A stretch of DNA of 64,000 nt from Euglena gracilis (Eukaryota): assembly GCA_039621445.1 (NCBI GenBank), contig CP154954.1:48525847-48589846 (forward strand), written 5' to 3'. The notes under the pieces are model-generated. The model saw only the letters and a program-made list of their open reading frames with translations. It was not told the origin of the DNA and ran no database searches. Below are positions 25,501 through 35,555 of this stretch, piece by piece. The position numbers and the translations under genes are program-made. Numbering within the stretch: position 1 is the stretch's first letter; every line of letters begins with the position of its first letter.

Positions 25501-27007
25501 GTTCTGGAAAAAACACCCAGGAAGGGGAGTGCAAATTGTGGGACTTGAATAAGACCCGCCGCAATGTGGAACACAGGCCGCAATTTCGTTCTTCATTTTC
25601 CACGTCTTTCAAGAATTCTTTTCAGGACTTTTCCCGCTGGAATTCAAGAAAACCAATATCCTCTGGTGAACATTTGAAGTTTCTTCTGCATTTTGCACTG
25701 GTTCCTTGATGTGGAATTGTTTCATTACAATAAAGAGTTCCGTGTGTTCTGATTGTACTGATCTCTTTGATGCTTTTTTTTAAGCGATTCAATTTTTTTT
25801 TTACCGTTGGAGCTGATAAACCCCAGGTTTGGTTCTGGTGCCATTGGATTTCCTTAAAAGGGTTCGGTATTGGTTGTTTTGCATCCATCCCTCTCATTTT
25901 CACTAATTTGCCTGACAGAAGGAACAGAAAAATCCTCCCATTCAGAATTCCCCTTGGCGAAAAATGTGATCGCAGAGGGAAGTAAGGTTTGATTGAAGCT
26001 CACCAGGAATTTCAATGAAGTTTTGTGCAATTTATCGAAGTTTTCTGCACCATATGCATGCACTGCTTTCCATTGCTTTTTGGAGTTTTTGGAGTAATCT
26101 CCAAAATTCCAAAGTTAAGCTTTTAAACATTTGAGTTTTTGAGTTGAAGAGAACGAGGAATTGGTATGACTTCTGTTGAAATGTGTGATTCTCTTAGGTG
26201 TTCTGTCCAGAAATCCCCCCGGCATTTCAAACGTTTGTCCATTATATTTCGCCCGGCAAAGTTTTTTCCCACAGTGAATGCTTCCCTTCAATGAGCCCCT
26301 CACAGAAGTGTTATTGGTGAGGGTGTAACTTCGGCTTTGCAGAGCTTTTCCACTGTTTGCTCATTTCCCATCAACTATTCATCATTTTTCTTGCCGTTCG
26401 TATTTGAATTACCCCAGAACCATGTGCCACACAATTTAATTTGATTCGGAAATTGAGCTGTTCTGGACCCCCACCTGTGGGCGATAATGGCCTAAAGGGT
26501 AAATGGCGTTGAATGAATTTAATGGGCAAATGTTTTGGGCTGGACCACAGGTGCCTGGGCACGGCCTCCACCACCCGCAGCGTGACCCTGGCAGCGACCA
26601 GCAGCGGGACGCCAACGGTGACGGGTAGCGCCACAGTCTCCCCGAGCCGCAGTGAGACGTGCACGACGAGCGCCACGGAGGCCGGGCGCCTGCTGGCGGA
26701 GGCGAGGGTGGGGGTGGCAAGGGCTGGGGCCCGGTGACTGTGGCCGCTTCGGCTCACCCTCAAGAGGGGGGGTTGGTTTGGGATTCCTGTCCTTGTCGGT
26801 CCCTGAGCCCAACCAGGGCGTATCTTAAAAAATTAAGTTACCTCAGGGGGGGTCTCCAGCCAGCCAGCAGCCATTTTCCAGCTCCGGACCCCCCTCCCCA
26901 CCCGTCAACGAGTTTTTATTTATTTATTTCCATCCACCTGAAGGGCGGATGGACAGTGACGGATTTTTCGCTTTGCAAGAATGAGCCAAAAAAAAAAAAA
27001 AAAAAAA

Positions 27008-27049
<42 letters not shown>

Positions 27050-27141
27050 AAAAAAAAAAAAAAAAAAAGAAAAAAACAAAAAAAAAAAAAAAAAAAAAAA
27101 ACAAAAAAAAAAAAAAAAAAAAAAAATGGAAAATAAAAAAA

Positions 27142-27190
<49 letters not shown>

Positions 27191-28360
27191 AAAAAAAAAA
27201 AAAACAAAAAAAATGGGAGAAAATGGGTTGGAACATGGCTGGCGGGACAAATTTGGGGTCAAAACACAAGTTTTTTTTTGCATAATTTGCAGTTTTTGGG
27301 GGCATTTTTGCAGTGTCGATATTTGGCACCCACCCTGAGTCGGGCCCATCACCAGCCCAGGACACCTTCGGGGGGGGGGCAATCAGCCAGCAGCCTTTCT
27401 CCAGCCAGCTCGCTGGCGTGGATGGTGCATCACGGGACCGGAATGGCTGTGGATGGAAACTGGGCCAGACTCAGTATTTTTTTGCCAACTGCCAAAATGG
27501 GGGCCTTGAATCGCTGGTCAATGCGACTGCAGTGCCCAGCCAGCAGCGGTTCCCCTGACTGCCGCCGTCCCTGGCAACGGCCCCGGCGGTGAGGGGGTGG
27601 AATACAGACAACACTGTGCACAACCGTGAAACATCGCTGTGTTCCAAATAATTGCCTCCTGCATGTGCACAACAGCCTCAAAAGTTAATCCCCCATGAAA
27701 CGTGTGGATTAGGGCCGAAAGACTACCACCTTCCCACTCATATGGGTCGGTGGGCAATTGGCGTATGGGCAGCCGGCAGCCCCAGCTGGGGTCCGAGGGG
27801 GACAGGCAGCCCCACCCGCAGCGCAACGCCCACCAGAACCCCCACCCGCAGCAGCACCGAGAGCCACACCCGCACCGCAGCCCGGCCTCCGCCGGCCCTG
27901 GGGATACCCGGCCCCCACCACTGGAGATCGTTGGGGATGATAAGTGTTAGACACCAGGGGTGGAATTTCACCGGGTTACGGGGAGAGGGGGGCAGGTAAA
28001 GGCTGGTTTAGGCGGTGGCCGTCACAGTCGGTAAGGAGCGTTGGGTGGGGGGCACCTGATGGATGGGGGCCACGGGGATGGGGGCTTTCGTGCTGGGCAC
28101 GGGGGCTGGGACCCCTCTGCAGGCTGGGAGGCTGGCCGCGGGGCCTGCGGACGCCAGGGTCCGACCCCCACAGGCTCAGCGTCGCCCACCACGAGCGCCA
28201 CGGGGACGGACAGCCAGACGGAGAGTGGCAGCGAGAGCGGCACAGCCTCCGCCACCCGCAGCGTGACCCTGGCAGCGACCAGCAGCGGGACGCCGACGGT
28301 GACGGGTAGCGCCACAGTCTCCCCGAGCCGCAGTGAGACGCGCACAGCGAGCGTCACGGA
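733..28360 (+). CDS. Multi-exon Ser/Thr-rich (mucin/surface-glycoprotein-like) repeat protein, 5'-partial; each unit splices to 270 nt = 90 aa (TGSPTRSATPTRTPTRSSTESRTRTA-TGSASPTTSATGTDSQTESGSESGTASATRSVTLAATSSGTPTVTGSATVSPSRSETRTASVTE)
   Basis: GC3-rich codons. Between main and diverged copies of exon B, 7 of 10 changed codons are synonymous in this frame. Indels inside exons are -3, -3 and -12 nt, whereas intron indels are arbitrary. Non-canonical splice geometry joins A-B-A in frame. Function is inferred from composition only. Confidence 0.8.
812..1064 (+). other. Non-conventional intron A-B (253 nt), repeated in each unit
   Basis: gcc CGG cctccgccggccc ... gggccagcgga...ggt CCG accccc. 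The ends are complementary and removal gives gca|aca in frame. Confidence 0.7.
1065..1252 (+). CDS. Exon B of repeat unit 1 (188 nt here, 191 nt in most units)
   Basis: Open Ser/Thr-rich frame aca ggc tca...acg ga; strongly conserved in the diverged units while its flanks diverge. Confidence 0.8.
1253..1985 (+). other. Non-conventional intron B-A (733 nt), repeated in each unit
   Basis: ggc CGG gcgcctgctggc ... gccagccagggt CCG agggg. The ends pair and removal gives ga|g aca (E-T) in frame. Confidence 0.7.
16982..17162. repeat. Long near-perfect palindrome (~80-bp arms, ~20-nt loop)
   Basis: tcaagacaggcgtcgggcccaga...ggggtgccgggcg versus cgcccggcgcccc...tctgggcccgacgcctgtcttga. Flanked by direct repeats tgtcagtcgatttccattcagg. 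Confidence 0.95.
17892..18215 (+). pseudogene. Fragment of a CRE/SLACS-like (restriction-like endonuclease) non-LTR retrotransposon ORF, post-RT zinc-knuckle region
   Basis: ...PHAMARASVMPS..TLIPTREFQALVQWSLG...CPRCHNPLDVRGHHHVCC resembles the CxxC..LD..G.H..CC region that precedes the REL domain. Recognised by eye. Confidence 0.65.
18210..18368. mobile_element. Small MITE-like element
   Basis: Inverted ends ctggccaatt(a)gggggg / ccccccaattggccag; truncates the retro fragment. Confidence 0.6.
18405..18700. repeat. Cluster of cgaccatggtcg palindrome repeats
   Basis: About five copies of cgaccatggtcgacccc; two carry a ~58-bp direct repeat. Confidence 0.75.
18700..20334. repeat. Minisatellite of ~78-bp units with interspersed ~34-bp subunits
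   Basis: gggcaaatcccttttgttgcccaactgttcgagggccccaaaataacaaaatcccttgtgttacccacccgttttggg repeated. Related single copies at ~40800, ~52675-52745 and ~53371. Confidence 0.97.
22476..23970. mobile_element. TIR DNA transposon in exon B, predicted to act as a non-conventional intron (22473-23975)
   Basis: Ends caggcgcctgt / acaggtgcctg; 8-bp TSD ggcacggg (22468-22475) / ggcacggc (23971-23978). Sister units have a single ggcacagc. Confidence 0.9.
25099..26557. mobile_element. Second copy of the exon-B transposon-intron (intron 25096-26562)
   Basis: Same ends, same TSD (25091-25098 / 26558-26565) and same site; the interior is homologous but diverged. Confidence 0.9.
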
Positions 28361-29309
28361 GGCCGGGTGCCTGCTGGCGGAGGCGAGGGTGGGGGTGGCA
28401 AGGGGCGGGACCCGGTGACTGTACCCGTTGCGGCTCACCCGCAAGGGGAGGAGGGGGTGCGTTTGGGATTCCCATCCCTGTTGCTTCCTGGGCACAACTG
28501 CTGACCTAGGGAGAAGACACTGGCCCGAAGGGATTGTGGATGTAAACTGAACCATCTGTCAATTTAGTGGACTGCAGTGATCATTTTTGCTTTTTTTTTG
28601 CACAATATGTTGCTTTGCTTCAACTTTGCATTGCTTTTACAACTCTTAGGTTTTATCAATGAATCACCAATCTTTTTTTCTTGACATATCAGGAATGTCT
28701 GTTTGTTGTGACTTTAATCACATGTCTGCTTTTTTTTAGACACATAGTTTATGTTATCCTGTGTTTTTTGATCGGTCCATTTGATCGGAAGCAGAATCTT
28801 TGTTGTGTTGCTTTGTCCAGTGGGCGCAGCATACAGCTGAGTGGTTTGTACATGGATGGACCATCCAGGATCCTGTCAGGTTTTGTATTTTCTGGGCCTT
28901 GAGAACGACGTGGAACTCCCCCATCGTTAATGCCTTCGATGGGCGCCGCCTCCTTCCCCGCCGCCAGCCGGGTCCCGCCAAAGACGGCCCCCCAGCCCTT
29001 GTCTCCCGCCATGGCTTTCCTGCTTGCCCCGGTGGGTCAGTCCTGTCCCCAGCCCTTAGCCCCGCACCAGAGTTCGGGCCCGGCAGCGTGTCTGTCCTCC
29101 TTGTCTCCGCGGCTGGGGTTTGGGGCGACCGATGCCGGGGGGGAGGTGGTGGGGGGGCAGCAACAACCGCCTCCCCGCCAGCCCCAAGGGCGGCCAAGAG
29201 GGGCGGGGACGAGGGAGGGGAGGGGGGGGACGGGTCCGGGGTCCGGAGGTGGACGGGGGCCACGGGGTGACCGGGAAGCGATGCCCCGTCGCCCGCCCCG
29301 CCCGGCGCG

Positions 29310-29360
29310 CTGTCCCACACGGCGTCCGCCTCGCCCAGCCGCACCACCACCCGCTCGGCG
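29310..29360 (+). CDS. Possible further Ser/Thr-rich exon of the repeat-protein gene (LSHTASASPSRTTTRSA)
   Basis: GC3-rich Ser/Thr codons; boundaries unresolved. Confidence 0.4.
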
Positions 29361-30423
29361 CCTCCGGCCACCGGGTGCCTGCGACACACCCTCCCGTGGG
29401 TGCTTGGCAATGGTTTGGTGTGCTTGGGCGGGGGGGGAGGGGCTTCTGAGGCTGTCGAATCCCTGCAGGGTTGTTTGCTTGGCCTCCAGGCAGGATGCTG
29501 ATGGTGGCCAGGAGGGGAGGGGCAGGATTGTTTTTTAGGGGGCAGTCTGACCAATCTCTTCCCTTCTCACCCGAATAAGCTTTTTTCCTTCCGTAGAGCT
29601 TTGTGGCGGTCATGTATTTTTTTGTGTATTTTTTGATGTATTTTTTTGATTTTTAAATGCCGCCGAAGACACAATTCTGGAACATTTCAAAATCCCATAT
29701 CCTTTGATTTTCCCCACTGGACGTCGACCTACCTCCACTCCTCAAAGAGTGAGGGTCCGGAACCATCCCGCTCAGCTCTCCCTCCCCTGCTCATTTTAAT
29801 GTCCTGGGGAGGGGTGGGTATTCATAAGATAGCAGACTCAGCTGATGGGTTCTATTGTGCTGAAGGGCAGGGCGAGGCACTGCACCTCCTTAGCCAGCAA
29901 AACAGGCGCCTGCTGCCTCCAGTCTCCTCACACTCCACCAATGTTTCCCTACCCATTTGGCTCCTTGGACCTCGATCCCATGTCATGCAGCACCCACCCG
30001 CCAGCCACCCACCCGCCCGCCCCCACAAATGCATGCGCACGCACAGCTATACACCACGCTCAGCCAAACGCCGATGTTCACACGCTCAATTTTATGGTCT
30101 CCTCAAGCGATTGAGAGCCGACGGCCTTCCCCTTTTCTCTTGCAAGTGACCAGGTGCACTGGTCATGGACTCGCATGGTCCACCCCCAAGGGGAAAAAGA
30201 TCGGCGTGGCCGGGGGACACACGACATGGCTGTTCCCCCTTGGGGGGAGTCTGCCCCTCCCAACGTGGCGCGCGCCACCAAGTTTTCCACCCTTTCCCGG
30301 ACCTCATAACACAGACGCTCCTGTGTCTCTCCCCTCTCCGGGGTTTTGTGAAGCCAGATGGCTCCCCTGGGGCCCTGCGGACCCGCCGAGCCGGGGCTCC
30401 GGTGCGACGCGGGTTGCCCCGCC

Positions 30424-30486
30424 CAGTGGGCTCCCGCGGCCACGGTGACGCAGGTGCTGCCCGCCGACCTCGCCACCGCCACCCGT
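30424..30486 (+). CDS. Possible small exon (QWAPAATVTQVLPADLATATR)
   Basis: GC3-rich island only; boundaries and parent gene unresolved. Confidence 0.35.
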
Positions 30487-32309
30487 GTGTCTACCTCCCC
30501 CCCCCCCCGCGCAGCACCCACATTTTTTGATCTGGCTCTGGTGCCGGGATTGGCGTTGTTTTCATGTCGGTGTGGCTTGCCACAACTACGGCAGTGACGT
30601 TTTTCTCCTGTTTTTCCCCCTTAATATTAACACCATTTGATGTGGCGGTGGATCCAGGGAGAAGTTCCACCCTTGGGCAACAGAGCGGTATTCAGGGCCT
30701 GTGATGCGACGGGCGGGACGCATCGCAAAGATCCACTTGCCCTCAACCTCCGCTCCTCACAGGTCGCCGGGGGAAGGTGATCCGAGCACGCGCCCCACGC
30801 CGCATCTCCAAGACTCAGACCATGGTGATGAACATTTTGTGGGTGTGCCGCGTGTGAGGCATATGTGGATGGAGGTTGACTTGCCATGCACAGATGTACC
30901 TGCTGGGCAGTGCAAGAAGCTGATGGGAGCGAACGTTTCCGCAAACTCCAACCTTTCTTGAGGAGGAATTTCAACACCAGCAGATGGTTGATATCCAGTG
31001 CCCCCTCCATACAAGCACTGTGTCGCTGGCCGATCCCCCTCCCTGGGTGGGTGACTGGGTTGTGTGTTGTGTTTTTTTTTCCTTCACAGTGACTAACTGG
31101 TTTTTGGAAATCCACCAGCATGACGAAGGCACCGGAATTTTTCACGTGTGTGGTCAATTTTCCCTTGGGTCCCAGACTGGTCACACGGGGGGGGGGGGTA
31201 TTGACTGACGGGTTTCGCTAGAAAATGACTGGCCAGTTTTGGGAAGAGTGGAAGTGATCTCCCTCTTCCCCGGGGGTCATAAGAAATGTATGGTCTCCTC
31301 CTTCCTTTGCACCCTGCTCCCCTGTCGCACCTGTCGCAGGGCGTCTCACTCATTTGCCAGCTTGTTGCGGCCACCTGCCTCTGGGTGCATCTCAGCCCCT
31401 GGCTGGCAGGTGTGCCGCCCCTCGTTGTGAGACTTTGTGACGTGTGAGAGGGACCCCTCCCAGATAACGACGGGTCGTCGTCAGCTCTTTGCGTTGGTCA
31501 GAAATCCATGTGGGGGGGGAGAGTTTTGGTTCAATTGGCGTCGTCACAGAGGCCTCATTGTTAATAAGGGAGGAGGTCGTCACACATGACGGATGACAGA
31601 CAGCCTCTCTGAGAATATTAATATTTAAAATTGTTGATGAGGATGTGCAGACTCTCATTGGGTCTACTCCTCTCCTAGGCAGTGCCAGGCAGTGGTCATT
31701 CACTCCTGTATTCTGCTTCTGTGTGAACCTGAGTGTACAGAGAAATTTGCTTCTGCATTTCGCCTGCAGATTCCTGGGGTCGTTATATCGCTTAAAGTAT
31801 TGCTTTTCAAAAAACCATATCTTCTTCCATCTTCAATCTGAATTGACTTTTTGTCCCGACCAGGGTTAATTTTTTGTGCAGACCGGCTATGATTTGGTGT
31901 GAGCCTGCCGCTGCCTCCGTTCCCTTCGCAGGGGACGATCTATCGGCGTTCCTGGAGTGGAATTTCTCGTGAGATGCCTCGGTGTGCCCCTGTAGGTCTG
32001 AGCTTGTGGGCTTCCGCAGCCGTCAACTAGGTTTTCATTTGCAGGGACGGGCCGTGGGGTTTCCTGATGGCGGAAAGGCTTAAGCCCTGCAAGGTAGGCC
32101 TTCGGCAGGACCTGCTGTTCCCTGCTCTGCACAGGCCCCACCACGCACCACCCATTCGGGGGACGCATGCGTCGTGCGGGAGGAACGGTATTGCCTCGTG
32201 CGGGGGACCGGCCAGGGCGGACCGCCGCACGACCAACATTGGAGGCAGGCTTCTTTTTAAGTCAGAAGACCCCCCCCCCACTCACCACACAGCACAGCAC
32301 AGCTGAGCC

Positions 32310-32371
32310 AGAAGCGAAGTTAGCGCCGGCCATAAACAGACAAGAAGCCTTAGTGCAACTAAGGGGGGGGG
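32310..32371. repeat. ~60-bp dispersed repeat (second copy at ~36259-36322)
   Basis: agaagcgaagttagcgccggccataaacagacMagaagcctKagtgcaactaaggggggggg in both places. Confidence 0.85.
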
Positions 32372-32985
32372 GTGGGTGGGTGGGTCTGGGCCGGAGGCAC
32401 CGGGTATACCTTTCCAGTGCGAAGCGCCGAAATTTTTTGAAAATTGCCTTTAACGGGCCCGATTTGGGGGGGGTCCCCGCCCCCCCCCCCGGGGGGACCC
32501 CTGATGAGTGGTCCCTAGGGCAATAATGATGAGTGGTCCCGCGCCACCCTGGGTGGGTGGGGGGGACCCCCCCTCCCCCCCGGGGGTCTTAAAAAGAAGC
32601 CTGATTGGAGGGGACTGCGGTGAACAGTGCGACCCGGCAAGATTTGACACGACAAGGTGGTTACGTTGAGTCCTTTTTTCATGATTGTGCTGCTGTTTCT
32701 TGATGCTTTGATATGCCTTATTGCTCTGGCATGGGAGGAAGTGCTTTCAGAGCCCACATGTTTCAAAGTGGGCATCCCAAGGGGGTATCCCAAGGGCCTC
32801 ATCGAACTTGAATCCTCCTGTGTACCAAATTTTGGAGAACACAAAAAAACATGCAAACCAGAAGGGCTTTGAATCTATTTGAGCCCGAAACGTTTTTCTC
32901 GAAACCTTCTTCTTTTGGGATTTTCGCTTGAGGTGACCGCCATTGGGGAAGGTCGTTCGCAGGGGCTCCACAATCATTTGGAATT

Positions 32986-33016
<31 letters not shown>

Positions 33017-34365
33017 TGTTGTTGAACCGTGCTGGAGGACCGCCTCCTCGTCTGAAGCCCCCCCCCCCCAGAAAAAATTTACCCCCATCCCCCGCCACTT
33101 TGATATCCCCAAGTCTGGGTCAGTCAGTCCTCGGCCCAGCCGCCGGGTGTCGCCCTGTCCCCCAGCGCTACGCTGCCCCCCTCGCCTATGTAATGTTCCC
33201 CCGCTGCTCGTTTGCCCCTCTGGGGTGCCCATGTCTTGGCGCGGAGGCCCTGCAGTCCTGACTGCATGGGGCTGCAGTCAGCCCCATGCTCTGAAAAGTC
33301 CCTGCATTCTGCTCGCATAAAAATTGGTATAAAATCCCAGGAGAGGGAGATGCACTTTGCACTATTTTTGGGTGAAACTGTGCAGTTTTTTTCCCAGCCT
33401 TTTTGCCATGGTGTTTTTGAGGAAAAATCTGTGCAGGAGATTTTTTTCTGGTTTTCTCTTTCGATATTAAAAAAAACTTACATTTTTTTCAGTCTCTAAA
33501 TATTAGGTCCCAGATAACACCTTGTGTTAAACCACCTGGAGTGCATCATTTTTCACGTTTTATTTTCCTTGCGAAGGGGGGGCAAAACTATTTGGACAGA
33601 TCCTTTTTCGGCCTCTCCCCCTGCAGAGTTATTTGGAGGGTTTCCTACCCACCTGGAGATTGTGTCCAGACCCGAGTGAGTACAGAGAGTACAGAGGTTG
33701 GACACAGGTTTCCACGAGGACAGGTCAGCAAATATGGGAGTGGGATATGGCTTCCTGGGCGGTTATCTGACTCTCTTCTGACACAAAGATCCGAAAGCAA
33801 ATCTTCACATATTTGGGATTGAACACTGAAAATAATATTGAATTTTTACCCAAATCCGTAAACGACGACGTTTCTCAGCAACAAAAAATGTGCAAATCCT
33901 CAAAACATCATTAGGAGACAGGTCAGCGGCGCAAAGGTAGGAGAGAGATCCCAAAGACAAATTAAAAAGTTTCTGGGGGGGGTGTCAAAATCAAACCAGG
34001 TGGTCATCCGAATGTTTCAAATGTTCCAGATATGCAAGTGGGAGTGTTCCTGGTATTGCTTGCAACTGGTCCTTGCTTTCCAATTCATTTGTGGTGTATG
34101 GCGTGGCCCCCGGAGAGAAGTAAGATTCACAGGGCAGGTGATTGCCCTCCTGTCAGTTTCTGTTAGCTTCGGCTTGCAACTGATGGAACCTTCCAGCTTG
34201 AATTTATTGCTTCTTCCATCATTTTTCACTCTTGTGTAGGCACAAACCCCCGGCCCACACCCATATCCTGCAGTCCACTTTTTCGTAAACAAATTTTTTG
34301 CTTGTCCTGAAAGCTTTGGTTTGGTGAGACATTGCTGATTATTTCTTCCAAATAGCCTCAAATCG

Positions 34366-34419
34366 ACCATTTGACCATTTGACCATTTGACCATTTGACC
34401 ATTTGACCATTTGACCATG
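34366..34419. repeat. (gaccattt)n 8-bp tandem repeat, ~7 copies
   Basis: Directly visible. Confidence 0.95.
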
Positions 34420-35499
34420 GACTATCGGACCCATCGGACTATAGAACAGGGGTGTTTGCCCCCTGTTCAGAGGGAGCATAGTAATTTTTTTGGGGCCAGG
34501 TTGCCATCTTTTTGCCCAACCTCCATATCCATGCACTCAGGTGCTGAGATGGGTCGGATTAAAATGACACCTGAGATTTCATGCACCAGTTTCATTCCGT
34601 TTCCGAGATTCAGAATGCAGTTGGCAATGAAACCATTCTCAGTGCTGGAAATGGCTTTCATTTCTTTTCTCCCTGGCACACTGCAACACCCGGTGCATAT
34701 TTTCCCATAAACAAACAAACAAACATTGGGTAAATAAACAAATTTTGCTTCGTTTCATTTTTCAGGAGTTCAATCCCCCCCAGCTGGATGCCGAGCATCT
34801 GATCGCCCCTTCCTGTGCCTTGGCCCGTGCACAATGTGACGGGCGGCAGCGACTGTTTGCCCTTACGAAGCCCCTCAGCCTTGCTGCCGAGGGCTTTGCT
34901 CATGTAGTGCCGCTGCCTCCCCGTCCCATCGGTGCACAACGAAGGGTTTCCTGGGACCCACATCCCAAGCCCTGGTTGATTGTTGATATTTTCGGCCTTG
35001 TTCGTTTTTATTGCTTGGTTGATTGGGGTCTCTGTCCCATCCCCCCCCCCCCAGAAATGGTGACCCCCGTGAGGGTGTGTCACCGACGGGTTATCATTTT
35101 GGGCCTGCACCGACGGACTCATGCTTACTAGTCTTTTACAGGGCCTCCGTAAAGTTGTCAGCCAAGTTTGCATGCAACGATTTGTCAGGTGGCAACCCCC
35201 CCAGGGGGGGGGGGCAGGACTGTCAAGGAGTTCCCGAAACTCCATGGGTGGTGGGTCAGGCCCCCCCCTTCGCCACAGTTTTTCTTCACTTCCAGGGACG
35301 ACGCCAAAAAGGGGGGATTCAGAGCTTTTTCCTTGGTCGGTGCCATCGTGGGAGGGGGGTCGACTGCCCCCCCCCACCAGGCCTTCCCCCACAGCCCTCG
35401 GCCCCCCCCGCCCCTGGATCCTGAAGGTTTCCTGTGGTGGCGCGTCAGGGAGTTCCGGGGACCCTCAAACCTGTGCCTCTGCGCCCCCGAATCAACCCC

Positions 35500-35533
35500 C
35501 ATCCCCCTGCCCCTCCCGCCTCTCTCCGGCCAG
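35500..35533 (+). promoter_or_regulatory. Putative spliced-leader trans-splice acceptor of EMG1
   Basis: Pyrimidine tract followed by CAG, 22 nt upstream of the ATG. Inferred from euglenozoan trans-splicing. Confidence 0.45.
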
Positions 35534-35555
35534 GGGCGGTGCGGCCTCCCGTCTC

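Noticed and set aside
26987-27213. Poly-A tract resembling a retroposon tail
   Set aside because: No element body or TSD; sits at an A-rich spot of the paralogous intron; probable artefact.
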